Notes: generated by a model not told the origin, from the letters alone. Counted from the stretch's first letter, positions 37,774-46,478 are shown. The stretch is 61,985 bases of DNA from Acidimicrobiia bacterium (GCA_038321755.1 JBBQFJ010000002.1:1-61985); one strand, 5' to 3'. Numbers and translations: made by a program.

Positions 37774-39144
37774 CTAGATGCTCGCGGTGCGACAGGCCCG
37801 CTCGCCGTCGGTGAACCCGGTGCGGAACGCCGCGACCCGGGAGAAGGCCGACCCTCGCTCGGTGTCGTTGTCGGTCCGACCCGCGACGGTGAACGTCTGG
37901 ATCGCTTCGTCGAGGTCACCGGCCGAGAGCGCGGCGTGCTTGCCGTCGGAGTTGCGATCACCGCTCGCGACGCTGCCCGTCCAGGCGCCGGTCAGGCAGT
38001 CGGCGCGCAACCGCGCCGTGTTGCTCCCGATCTCCTGGCCGGTCGCGTGCTGCGTTGCGGACGACCAGGCGGCGGCAACGAGCATCCCGGCGCCGAAGTC
38101 GCCGACATCGGAGTACAGCGTGTCGAACGACGCGCGGTCGTACGAGATGGTGTTCGTGTCGGCGCAGTACGTGGCGCCGTCGTCGAGTACGCCCCCGTCC
38201 GAGCCACCGGAGCACGATGGCGCTCGCCCGTCGTACGCCTCGACCTTGGGAGCCGGTGCGTCCTTGCCGAGCTGGTCGCTCCAGTAATCGGTGAGGTCAT
38301 CGGTCACGAGCTTCTGAACCTGGTCCTGGGCGATGTTGCCGCCGCTCGACGCGTCCTCCTGGCTGGTGAACCCGGTCTCGGTCACCGATGGCGGGTCGTT
38401 CTCGTAGTCGCGGCAGGCGGATGCACCACCGTGATACCCGTCCTGGAACGCGCTCACCCGGTCGAACGCGTTGCCGTGCGCGCCGCTCTGGCCGCCGTCG
38501 GTCCCGACCGGGTCGCGGAAGACGAGATACCCGCCGAGCGCGGTGTCGAGGTCGCCGGAAGCGAGGCGGAGTGAGGAGTCGCCGCCGTTCGCGATGTGGC
38601 GCGTCCAGGCGCCGGCGAAGCAGTCGGCCTGCATCTCCACGTACACGGTGGCACCCAGGTCGGTGTTGGCGCGGGCTTGGATCGCGTGACCCCACTCGTG
38701 CGCGAGCACCAGCGCCACGGCGAAGTCGCCGAACTGGTCGCGGAGCTTCGGGAGCAGCGTCTCGACGTCATACGCGACGAAGTCGCCCTGCGAGCAGTAG
38801 AAGGCGTTGCCCTTCACCTCTTCGTACGGGGTGGTGCCACGCCCGGCCGCATTGCAGGCCGGTGGCGGGTTCGAGCTGGAGTAGGCGAACAAGCGGTCGT
38901 CGGGGATTGCCTGGTAGGTCACGTCGTAGGTGGCGGTGAGCTGCTTGGCCCAGAACTGCTGGATGCTCGCGATCGACTGATCCACGCTGGCGGTGAACCG
39001 GCCCGACTCGGCGGTCGCGGATCCGCTGCCGGGCCCGGCCACGCTCACGACGACGGCGATGACCGTCGACAGTGCGAGGGCGCTGAGGGTGCTGAGGCGG
39101 CGTCGCCGGGTGGCGCGGCGTTGCCGACGAGATCTTCTGCTCAT
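37774..39144 (-). CDS. secreted neutral zinc metallopeptidase (YpfJ-like) with a degenerate second lobe
   Basis: Signal peptide. LVLAHEWGHAIQ zinc motif in the first half. A homologous second half carries LVAAAWSSATQ instead. Confidence 0.8.
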   Translation of the reverse strand: MSRRSRRQRRATRRRRLSTLSALALSTVIAVVVSVAGPGSGSATAESGRFTASVDQSIASIQQFWAKQLTATYDVTYQAIPDDRLFAYSSSNPPPACNAAGRGTTPYEEVKGNAFYCSQGDFVAYDVETLLPKLRDQFGDFAVALVLAHEWGHAIQARANTDLGATVYVEMQADCFAGAWTRHIANGGDSSLRLASGDLDTALGGYLVFRDPVGTDGGQSGAHGNAFDRVSAFQDGYHGGASACRDYENDPPSVTETGFTSQEDASSGGNIAQDQVQKLVTDDLTDYWSDQLGKDAPAPKVEAYDGRAPSCSGGSDGGVLDDGATYCADTNTISYDRASFDTLYSDVGDFGAGMLVAAAWSSATQHATGQEIGSNTARLRADCLTGAWTGSVASGDRNSDGKHAALSAGDLDEAIQTFTVAGRTDNDTERGSAFSRVAAFRTGFTDGERACRTASI

Positions 39145-39205
39145 GGTGGGAAAAACGAAGGATCGAGCAGCCGGGTTCCCGACCCGCCGGATTCCCAGCG
39201 ACTTC

Positions 39206-40012
39206 TCAGGTACCGAGATGCTCCAGCAGGTCACCGAGGGCGGCGACCGCTCGGGAGCAGGCTGCCTCGTAGCCCTCCTCGTCGATCCGGGGTCCGATGA
39301 GCTCGAGATCGAACGACCCCGCGTACCCGCCGGCCAGGACCTGACCGAGGATCCGCTCGAGGGGGATGTCGCCGTCACCCGGGACGAGCCGGTTCGGCGT
39401 GGAGAGGGTGCCGATCGCGAAGTCGCTCACCTGCACGATCCGGAAGGTGTCGACGCCCGACTCGATCGTGCCGCCGAGACCGCGCTCGGCCCAGCAGGCG
39501 TTGGTCTCGACGCACACGCCGATGCCGAGTCTGCGGGCGAGGTCGACGACGTCGGCCAACGTGTGCACGAAGCCGACATCGACGCGCAGCGAGTTGGTGT
39601 GCTCGAGCCCGAACGGGATGCCCCGTGCGTGGGCATCGGCGATGACTGGCGTGAGCGCCTGCTCGAGCGCGTCGGCGGCCGCCTCCCACGTGAGCTGCCC
39701 CGCGGGCCCGGTCGTGAGGATCATGCACTCGGCGTCGACGGCCTCCGCGGCATCGACCGCGCGGCGCACCCGATCGCGTTGCCCGTCCCACTGGGACGGG
39801 TCGTCGAGGTGGAACGGGCCGATCCCGATCAGGTTGGTCACCCGCAGCCCCGCGTCGCGCAGCCGACGGGCACCGGCGTCGATCCCCGCGGCCTCGAGCT
39901 TCGCGAGTGACGCCCCGATCGCGGTGATCCCTGCCCGCTCGTAGAACGCGAGGTCTTCGTCGAGGCTCCACTGGAACGTGGAGATCGCCGACAGTGAGAC
40001 GCGGGGATGCAC
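39206..40012 (-). CDS. sugar phosphate isomerase/epimerase (xylose-isomerase-like TIM barrel)
   Basis: AP_endonuc_2-like pattern (ECMILTTGP, FGLEHTN, DLELIG). GTG start. Confidence 0.75.
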   Translation of the reverse strand: MHPRVSLSAISTFQWSLDEDLAFYERAGITAIGASLAKLEAAGIDAGARRLRDAGLRVTNLIGIGPFHLDDPSQWDGQRDRVRRAVDAAEAVDAECMILTTGPAGQLTWEAAADALEQALTPVIADAHARGIPFGLEHTNSLRVDVGFVHTLADVVDLARRLGIGVCVETNACWAERGLGGTIESGVDTFRIVQVSDFAIGTLSTPNRLVPGDGDIPLERILGQVLAGGYAGSFDLELIGPRIDEEGYEAACSRAVAALGDLLEHLGT

Positions 40013-40021
40013 GGTTGCTCC

Positions 40022-40810
40022 CTACCCCAGCGCCGCGGCGCGGGCGTTGCTGCCGCCACCGTCGAGCTGGAGGTTGATCCCGGTGAGGTACTCGGACTCC
40101 GAGCTGGCGAGGTACACCGCGGCATGGGCGATGTCGGTCGCCTCGCCGAGGCGCGTGAGGTGCATCCCTTCGAGTCGGGTGCGGCGGTCGTCGGGCATGT
40201 CGGCGTCGCGGCGTTCGTTCCGCACGTACCCGGGGCTGATGGTGTTGCACCGGATGCGGTTCGACGCCTCTTCCACCGCGATCGCACGCGTGAGCGCGTT
40301 GAGCCCGCCCTTGCTCGTCGCGTAGGCGGCCAGTCCTCCGCTCGGCTTCTCACCCTGGCGGGAGGAGATGTTGATGATGGCGCCGTGTCCGGCCGCCCGC
40401 AGGTGTGCGATCGCCGCGCGGCACAGCCACATCGGTGCAGTGACGTTCACCCGAAGCGTTCCCTCCCACGCCGCGGTGCTCATCTCCGCGACAGTGGAGT
40501 CGCCCCCGGCTGCCGCGATCTGGTCGACCACGCTCGCGACCGCGTTGTTCACGAGCACCGTGAGTCCGCCGAGCTGCGACGCCGACTCGGCGACGAGTCG
40601 TGCGCAAGCGTCCTCGCCGCCGAGATCGGCCGCGAGGAAGCGGGCATCGCCCCCGGCTGCCGTGATCTCGTCGACCACCGCGGCACCGCGGGTGGCATCC
40701 CGGCCGTGGACGACGACGCGCGCGCCCTGCGCCGCGAACTCGATCGCGATGGCCTTGCCGATGCCGGACGTCGATCCGGTGACGAGCGCGAGCTCCCCGT
40801 GCAGTCGCAC
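40022..40810 (-). CDS. SDR-family oxidoreductase
   Basis: VTGSTSGIGKA and YATSKGG motifs. GTG start preceded by GGGAGGGGGGAGGA. Confidence 0.85.
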   Translation of the reverse strand: MRLHGELALVTGSTSGIGKAIAIEFAAQGARVVVHGRDATRGAAVVDEITAAGGDARFLAADLGGEDACARLVAESASQLGGLTVLVNNAVASVVDQIAAAGGDSTVAEMSTAAWEGTLRVNVTAPMWLCRAAIAHLRAAGHGAIINISSRQGEKPSGGLAAYATSKGGLNALTRAIAVEEASNRIRCNTISPGYVRNERRDADMPDDRRTRLEGMHLTRLGEATDIAHAAVYLASSESEYLTGINLQLDGGGSNARAAALG

Positions 40811-40883
40811 GACGTCCTCCCCCCTCCCGCGGGCCCTTGCTGCAGGCCCTTCCTGCAAGCTCTGGCCGGTCGGCGAATCTACC

Positions 40884-40928
40884 GGCTGCCGACGAGGCGG
40901 CTGCCGACGAGGCGGCTGCCGACGAGGC
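40884..40928. repeat. 15-bp tandem repeat x3 in a divergent intergenic region
   Basis: GGCTGCCGACGAGGC at 40884-40898, 40899-40913 and 40914-40928. Confidence 0.95.
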
Positions 40929-41060
40929 GGCGGCATGCTGGGCGGGCGCCCGGTGAGATCGCCCGCCCGAACCCACGTTGTGACCCCCGTGGTGGGGGCG
41001 TAACCTGAGGTCGCCCAGAAAATCGCGAGATGGAACCCGCGCGCCCTGGCGCTGTTGCTG

Positions 41061-42182
41061 ATGTTGTCGAAGTTGGTCCTGTTGTCGAATCCCGAGTGCC
41101 CCACCGCCGCCACCTCCGCGCGGCGCGGCTTCCGGCTCCGAGCCCTGGCGGCCCTGCTCGCGCTCGCGGCCGTCGCGCTGCCCGCGATCTCGGCCGGCGC
41201 GGCCCCGGTCGATGACGCCCGGACTCAGGTCGCCGACGCCCAGCGGGCGGCCGACGCGGCCGCCGCCCGCTACGAGACGGCGATCGGCCACCTCGAGGAG
41301 CTCGACGGGAAGATCTCCGAGCTCGAGGCCCGGATCGCCGCGGGTCGGACCGAAGCTGCCGCGCTGCGCCTCCTCGCCAAAGCGCGTGCGGTGCGTGCCT
41401 ACGTCGGGCGCGACACCCTGACGGGGGGCGGGTTCATCCTCGACGGGGGTGACCCGCTCGACGAGATCCGCCGCGAGAAGCTGCTGGCCCGCACGAAGGC
41501 ACGCGACGACGCGTCCGTCGAACGGCTGCGCGTCGTCACGAGCGATCTGGACGACCAGCGCCGCGCGCTCGAGGACCGCAAGGCCGAGCAGGAGCGGGTC
41601 GTCGCGCAGGTGACGGCTGAGCAGGCCACCGTGCAGGCCCAGCTCACGACCGCGCAGCACGCGCTGGACCTGCTCGAAGAGCAGCTGCGGCAGGAGCAGG
41701 AAGCGGCGAAGGCCCGAGAGCTCGCCACCGCGGTCGCCCGCGACGCGAGCTCACGCGCGGGGAACGGCAAGGACTACTCAGGTGCGTACGTCGCGACCGG
41801 CATCGTGTGCCCGGTCCGTGGCGCGGTGTCGTTCATCGACTCCTGGGGCTTTCCCCGCCATCAGGGCCCGCACATGGGCGTCGACCTCATGGCGGCGTCG
41901 GGGACGCCCGACGTCGCGGTCGTGTCCGGCAACGTGACGTTCAAGTCGGGTGGCACGTCCGGGCTCGGCGCGTACCTCCGAGGTGATGACGGCAACCTTT
42001 ACTACTACTTCCACCTCTCTGCGTACGAGGGTGCGGCACGGCACGTCGCCCAGGGCGAGGTCATCGGGTACGTCGGGAACACGGGCGATGCGAAGTACAC
42101 CGCGTCGCACACCCACTTCGAGGTCCACCCCGGCGGCGGAGCGGCCGTGAACCCCTACCCATCGGTGCGACCAGTCTGCTGA
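41061..42182 (+). CDS. secreted M23-family peptidase with N-terminal coiled coil
   Basis: Signal peptide, long heptad-like region, HMGVDL ... GNTGDAKYTASHTHFEV. ATG 41061 (TTG 41055 is an alternative). Confidence 0.85.
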   Translation: MLSKLVLLSNPECPTAATSARRGFRLRALAALLALAAVALPAISAGAAPVDDARTQVADAQRAADAAAARYETAIGHLEELDGKISELEARIAAGRTEAAALRLLAKARAVRAYVGRDTLTGGGFILDGGDPLDEIRREKLLARTKARDDASVERLRVVTSDLDDQRRALEDRKAEQERVVAQVTAEQATVQAQLTTAQHALDLLEEQLRQEQEAAKARELATAVARDASSRAGNGKDYSGAYVATGIVCPVRGAVSFIDSWGFPRHQGPHMGVDLMAASGTPDVAVVSGNVTFKSGGTSGLGAYLRGDDGNLYYYFHLSAYEGAARHVAQGEVIGYVGNTGDAKYTASHTHFEVHPGGGAAVNPYPSVRPVC

Positions 42183-43060
42183 TCGAGCGCGCCGTCCAGG
42201 CTCGTCTCGAGTGGGACTTCGGGCGTGACGGCGCCGCGGCGGCGACCGGCGACCAGTGAGACGACGCCGAAGATGAGTGCGGCGGTGAGGACGATCGAAC
42301 CACCGGGCGCGAGATCCCACTGGCGGGCGGCGGCCAGGCCGGCCACGACCGAGACGAGGCCGACACAGACCGACAGGACGACCGTGGCTCGGAACGACCG
42401 GGCGACGAGCCGGCTGCTCGCGACGGGAAGCACCATCAGGGCGGCGATCAGGAGCACACCGACCACTCGCATCGCCGCGACGACGGTGACGGCCGTGAGC
42501 ACGGAGAGCAGCGCGTTGGCGCCATCGACCGGGATCCCCGCCACTCGGGCCGACTCCTCGTCGAGGACGATGGCGAAGAGCGCCCGACCGAAGATCGCCA
42601 TCGCCAACACGATCACGACGCCGAGCACCGCGACCACGCGGACGTCGGACGGGCTCACCGTGAGGATCGAGCCGAAAAGGTAGGGGATCACGTTCACACT
42701 GCCGCCACCGGTCCGGCTGACGAGCACAACGCCGAGGGCGATGCCGCCGTAGAAGAAGAGCGCGAGCGCGAGGTCGCCGGTCGCCCGCCCCCGAGTCCGC
42801 AGCCACTCGATTGCGAGCGCGCCGACGACGGCCACGATCAGCGCGCTCCAGACGGGCCAGACCTCGAGGAGGAGGCCCGCGGCCACACCGGCGAACGCCA
42901 TGTGGCCGATGCCGTCGCCCATGAGCGACAGCCGCTTCTGCACCAGGAACACACCGATGAGCGGCGCGCACGCGCCGACGATCAAGCCGGTCCACAGCGC
43001 GAGCTGCATGTAGTCGCGCTCGAACGGCCACGGGAGGTCGAGCACCGCGAGCACGCTCAT
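42155..43060 (-). CDS. metal ABC transporter permease (ABC-3, ZnuB/MntB type)
   Basis: Eight or more hydrophobic segments. ABC-3 family pattern (MGDGIGHMAFAG). Confidence 0.85.
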   Translation of the reverse strand: MSVLAVLDLPWPFERDYMQLALWTGLIVGACAPLIGVFLVQKRLSLMGDGIGHMAFAGVAAGLLLEVWPVWSALIVAVVGALAIEWLRTRGRATGDLALALFFYGGIALGVVLVSRTGGGSVNVIPYLFGSILTVSPSDVRVVAVLGVVIVLAMAIFGRALFAIVLDEESARVAGIPVDGANALLSVLTAVTVVAAMRVVGVLLIAALMVLPVASSRLVARSFRATVVLSVCVGLVSVVAGLAAARQWDLAPGGSIVLTAALIFGVVSLVAGRRRGAVTPEVPLETSLDGALDQQTGRTDG

Positions 43061-43070
43061 CGCACCGCGG

Positions 43071-43107
43071 CCCTCATCCGCTCGCCCTCATCCGCTCGCC
43101 CTCATCC
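43071..43107. repeat. 14-bp tandem repeat x2.6 spanning the stop codon of the ABC ATPase gene
   Basis: CCCTCATCCGCTCG x2, then a partial CCCTCATCC that contains the real stop (TCA 43102-43104, minus strand). Confidence 0.9.
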
Positions 43108-43881
43108 CAGGCCCTCGAGCCACATGGGCAAGTCGTCGCGGTGCACACCCAGGCTCACGCCGGTGGCGGTGAGCTCGTCCGGCGGGCCGTCGAAGACGAT
43201 GCGTCGCTTCATCACGATGATCCGGTCGAGGTCGTCCGCGACCGCCCCGAGCTCGTGGGAGACGAGGAGCACGGCCGCTGCGTGATCGCGCACGAGGTGG
43301 ACGAGCGAGTCGCGGAACAGCTGTTGAGACTCGACATCGACGCCGGCGATCGGTTCGTCGAGCACGAGGAGCTCCGGCTCGCTCGCGAACGCCTTCGCGA
43401 TCAGGACCCGCTGCTGCTGTCCGCCCGAGAGCTCGCGCACCGGACGGCGGCGGAGGTGGTCGAGCGCGACCGACTCGAGCGCGTGGTCCACCGCGGCGCG
43501 GTCGATGGCGGTCCCGCGTCGCCACCAGCCGCGCCGAGCGAGCCGCCCGGTCGCGACGACCTCCTCGACCGTCGCCGGGAGATCCGGTGCGAGGGTGTGG
43601 CGTTGGGGCACGTACCCGACCCGCCCGCGGTCGGGCAGTCGGCGCGGGTCGGCACCGAGGCACCGGACGGTGCCGCCGTCGGGTCGGAGGAGACCGAGGA
43701 GCAGACGGAGCAGGGTCGACTTCCCGGACCCGTTCGGGCCCACGAGGGCGGCGAACTCCCCGGGGCCGATGGCGAACGACACGTGGTCGACCGCCGGTTC
43801 CGCGCCGTAGCTGAACGTGACGTCATCCGCCGCCAGCACCGAGGCCGGGGTGGGGACGGGCACCGGGGTGGGGACGGGCAC
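43102..43881 (-). CDS. metal ABC transporter ATP-binding protein (ZnuC/MntA type)
   Basis: [23 protein letters not shown] and LLVLDEP motifs. GTG start 43881, or the duplicated GTG at 43863. Confidence 0.85.
   Translation of the reverse strand: MPVPTPVPVPTPASVLAADDVTFSYGAEPAVDHVSFAIGPGEFAALVGPNGSGKSTLLRLLLGLLRPDGGTVRCLGADPRRLPDRGRVGYVPQRHTLAPDLPATVEEVVATGRLARRGWWRRGTAIDRAAVDHALESVALDHLRRRPVRELSGGQQQRVLIAKAFASEPELLVLDEPIAGVDVESQQLFRDSLVHLVRDHAAAVLLVSHELGAVADDLDRIIVMKRRIVFDGPPDELTATGVSLGVHRDDLPMWLEGLG
43845..43880. repeat. 18-bp tandem duplication x2 covering the start-codon region of the ABC ATPase gene
   Basis: CCGGGGTGGGGACGGGCA x2 on the plus strand. On the minus strand this gives GTGCCCGTCCCCACCCCG twice (VPVPTP VPVPTP), each with a GTG. 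Confidence 0.9.
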
Positions 43882-43921
43882 CGAGCAATCGTACGTCCGG
43901 ATGGCACGAAAGAGGGAACGG

Positions 43922-43942
43922 TAATAAGATTGATTCTCATGA
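43922..43942. promoter_or_regulatory. AT-rich Zur-box-like element overlapping the substrate-binding-protein start codon
   Basis: TAAGATTGATTCTCA matches the actinobacterial Zur core TGAAAATGATTTTCA at 11 of 15 positions. It is the only AT-rich patch locally. It contains a TAAGAT -10-like hexamer 8 nt before the ATG. Confidence 0.4.
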
Positions 43943-44886
43943 ACCTTCCGAAGCGCACGTCGGGTCTGGTCGCGCCGGCTGCCGCGCTCGCGGCCCTGCT
44001 GCTGCTCGCCACCGGTGCTGCCGGAGCCACGGCGCCGAGTGCGGCGACGCGCACCGACGTGGTCGCCGCGTTCTACCCGCTGGCGTTCGTGGCGTCGGCC
44101 GTCGGCGGGAGGTACGTCGATGTCTCGAACCTCACGCCACCGGGCGTCGAGCCGCACGACCTCGAGCTCACGCCTGATGAGGTCGACGCACTGCAGGACG
44201 CGGGCCTCGTGATCGTCATGGGGAAGGGCTTCCAGCCCGCGGTCGAGAAGGTCGCGGGGGAGCGCGACCGGGGCACGCTCGAGGTGCTCAGGCGGTTGCC
44301 GATCGACAGCCCGGGTAAGCGGGTCGCGAACGAGGGCGAAGCGAACGGTCGTGCCCTCGACCCGCACGTGTGGCTCGACCCCGTGCTCATGGGCAAGTTG
44401 GTCGGGGAGGTCCGCGGCGCGCTCGCGAAGGTTGACCCGGCGCGCGAAACGGCGTTCGACGCGAACGCGGCGAAGCTCCAGACGAAGCTCGCCGCGCTCG
44501 ACGCCGAGTACCGCGCCGGCCTCGCGACGTGTCAGCGCGACCTCATCGTCACCTCGCACGAAGCGTTCGGCTACCTCGCCGGTCGGTACGGCCTCCGGCA
44601 GGAGGGGATCTCCGGGCTCGCACCCGACGCCGAGCCGAGCGCGAAGCGCCTCGGCGAGCTCAGCGACCTCGCCGCCCGGAAAGGCGTCACCACGATCTTC
44701 ACCGAGGAGCTGGTGTCACCGAAGGTCGCGGAGACGCTGGCCCGTGAGGCCGGTGGCTTGCGCGTCGCCGTGCTGAACCCGCTCGAAGGCCTGACCGACC
44801 GCGACGTGCGCCGCGGCGACGACTACTTCGCCGTGATGCGGGCCAACCTTCGCAAGATCCAGCGCGCGCTCGGCTGCACCACCTGA
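43939..44886 (+). CDS. metal ABC transporter substrate-binding protein (TroA/ZnuA/MntC cluster-9 type)
   Basis: Signal peptide. DPHVWLDP and SHEAFGYL motifs. Confidence 0.85.
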   Translation: MNLPKRTSGLVAPAAALAALLLLATGAAGATAPSAATRTDVVAAFYPLAFVASAVGGRYVDVSNLTPPGVEPHDLELTPDEVDALQDAGLVIVMGKGFQPAVEKVAGERDRGTLEVLRRLPIDSPGKRVANEGEANGRALDPHVWLDPVLMGKLVGEVRGALAKVDPARETAFDANAAKLQTKLAALDAEYRAGLATCQRDLIVTSHEAFGYLAGRYGLRQEGISGLAPDAEPSAKRLGELSDLAARKGVTTIFTEELVSPKVAETLAREAGGLRVAVLNPLEGLTDRDVRRGDDYFAVMRANLRKIQRALGCTT

Positions 44887-44916
44887 GTGGGGGCCGCGGT
44901 CGCGGGCGGCGACGGC

Positions 44917-45381
44917 TCAGTCGGCGTTCGCGACCCTCGTGCCCACACCGACGCGTGGGGCGGGGAAGTCACCGTCTGGCCGTTGGATCCAGCGCTCCAC
45001 GCCCACCTCGCAGCTCTGGATCACCTTCCACGAGAGCACGCGCTTGGTCGGTGGTGCCGTGAACGAGATCGCGAAGGCGCTCGTTGCGCCTGAGGGCATC
45101 GAGCTGCCTGAGAACGTGATCGTCCTCGCGGTCGCCGTGGTCTGCCAGCCGTCCTTGGGCTCGGCCGTTGCGTTCTTCACTCCACGGGGCACGCGGAACC
45201 GCATGCTGATGATCGGCGAGACCTCGCATCCGTGCTCGGGGGTGAAGCCGACGGTGACCGTCTTCCCCGGCTTGACGCTGCTCGGGTCCGGTTCGACGTG
45301 GGCGCCCGCGGGGATCGCGGTCACCAGCAGCGCGCCGGCTCCGATGGCTGCAGCGATGACTGCTCGTCGAAGTCGGTGCAT
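44917..45381 (-). CDS. YcnI-like (DUF1775) secreted copper-binding protein
   Basis: The signal peptide ends ...IPAGA/HVEPDP, giving an N-terminal His in the mature protein. DGWQ motif and size are typical of DUF1775. Confidence 0.7.
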   Translation of the reverse strand: MHRLRRAVIAAAIGAGALLVTAIPAGAHVEPDPSSVKPGKTVTVGFTPEHGCEVSPIISMRFRVPRGVKNATAEPKDGWQTTATARTITFSGSSMPSGATSAFAISFTAPPTKRVLSWKVIQSCEVGVERWIQRPDGDFPAPRVGVGTRVANAD

Positions 45382-45441
45382 GGAGGTGCTCCTCGGGTTC
45401 GGCCGGCCGTGAACGGCATCGTGAGGTAGTCGCTCGTTCTC

Positions 45442-46476
45442 ATGCCCTGGTTCCCGCTGACCTGGTCCGGCAGTGCGGTGCCGGCAGTGCGGCCCGGCCT
45501 GGTGAAGCCCGACCGTGGGAAGATCGCTCCCGACGGGCATCGGAATCGATCGAGGCGCGAAGTGGGAGCTGGGCACGACCACGGGCATCCGACCGGCGTG
45601 CTTGGAGCGCGTCGCCGGGCCCTGTGGATCGCACTCGGTGCCAACGCCGCCTTCCTCGTGGTCGAGGTCGGCGCAGCCATCGCGTTCGGGTCGCTGGCGC
45701 TGCTCGCCGACGGTGTCCACATGATCTCCGACGTCGCGGCACTCGGGATCGCACTCGTCGCCCAGCAGCTCGCAACCGCTCGCGCCTCGTCGCGCCACAC
45801 GTACGGACTCGTGCGGGCCGAGGTCATCGGCGCCCAGGTGAACGCCGTCCTGCTGTTGGCCGCCGCCGTCTACATCGTGATCGAGGCGATCGGTCGCCTC
45901 GACGACCCGGGCACGATCAACGGTGCCGGCGTGATGGTGGTCGCCGCCGTGGGCCTCGTCGTCAACGTGGGGAGCGCGTGGGTGATCGCGCGGACCGCGG
46001 GCGCGAGTCTCAACATGAGGGGAGCGTTCTGGCATCTCGTCGGCGACGCACTCGGGTCACTCGGTGCGCTGATCGCGGGCGCCGCGGTCGTGCTGTTCGG
46101 TGCCGAATGGCTCGACCCGGTCATCTCGCTGTTCATCGCCGCGCTCGTGGTCGTCTCCGCGCTCGCGCTGCTCCGCGACGTCGGACGGGTCCTGCTCGAA
46201 GGTGTGCCCTCGGGGCTGCAGGTCGACGAGGTCGAGGCCGCGCTCGCGGGGAGCAACGGTGTCGAGGCGGTGCACCACCTGCATCTCTGGTCGCTCGGCT
46301 CCGAGACCCCCGCCCTGTCGGCGCACGTCGTGCTGACGGGTGAGCCGTCACTGCACGAGGCCCAGACCCGCGGCGACGTTCTCAAGGAGATGCTCGTCGA
46401 TCGGTTCGGGATCGCGCACGCAACGCTCGAGCTCGAGTGCCATGACTGTGGGGCCGAGCACGGCCCGCACGCCTGA
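45442..46476 (+). CDS. cation diffusion facilitator (CzcD/ZitB-like) exporter
   Basis: HDHGH N-terminal tract, LLADGVHMISD and HLWSL motifs. The true start may be GTG 45562. Confidence 0.85.
   Translation: MPWFPLTWSGSAVPAVRPGLVKPDRGKIAPDGHRNRSRREVGAGHDHGHPTGVLGARRRALWIALGANAAFLVVEVGAAIAFGSLALLADGVHMISDVAALGIALVAQQLATARASSRHTYGLVRAEVIGAQVNAVLLLAAAVYIVIEAIGRLDDPGTINGAGVMVVAAVGLVVNVGSAWVIARTAGASLNMRGAFWHLVGDALGSLGALIAGAAVVLFGAEWLDPVISLFIAALVVVSALALLRDVGRVLLEGVPSGLQVDEVEAALAGSNGVEAVHHLHLWSLGSETPALSAHVVLTGEPSLHEAQTRGDVLKEMLVDRFGIAHATLELECHDCGAEHGPHA
45467..45494. repeat. 14-bp tandem duplication x2
   Basis: CCGGCAGTGCGGTG CCGGCAGTGCGGCC, in the YcnI/CDF divergent region or the extreme 5' end of the CDF ORF. 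Confidence 0.9.
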
Positions 46477-46478
46477 CC

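Noticed and set aside
40811-41060. ydaO/c-di-AMP riboswitch upstream of the M23 peptidase.
   Set aside because: Only a loose resemblance to part of the 3' half (CCCGAACCC..UAACCU). The conserved 5'-half elements (ACGGGGA, GGGGUGAAUCC) are absent, and a tandem repeat occupies their place. It needs cmsearch before any claim.
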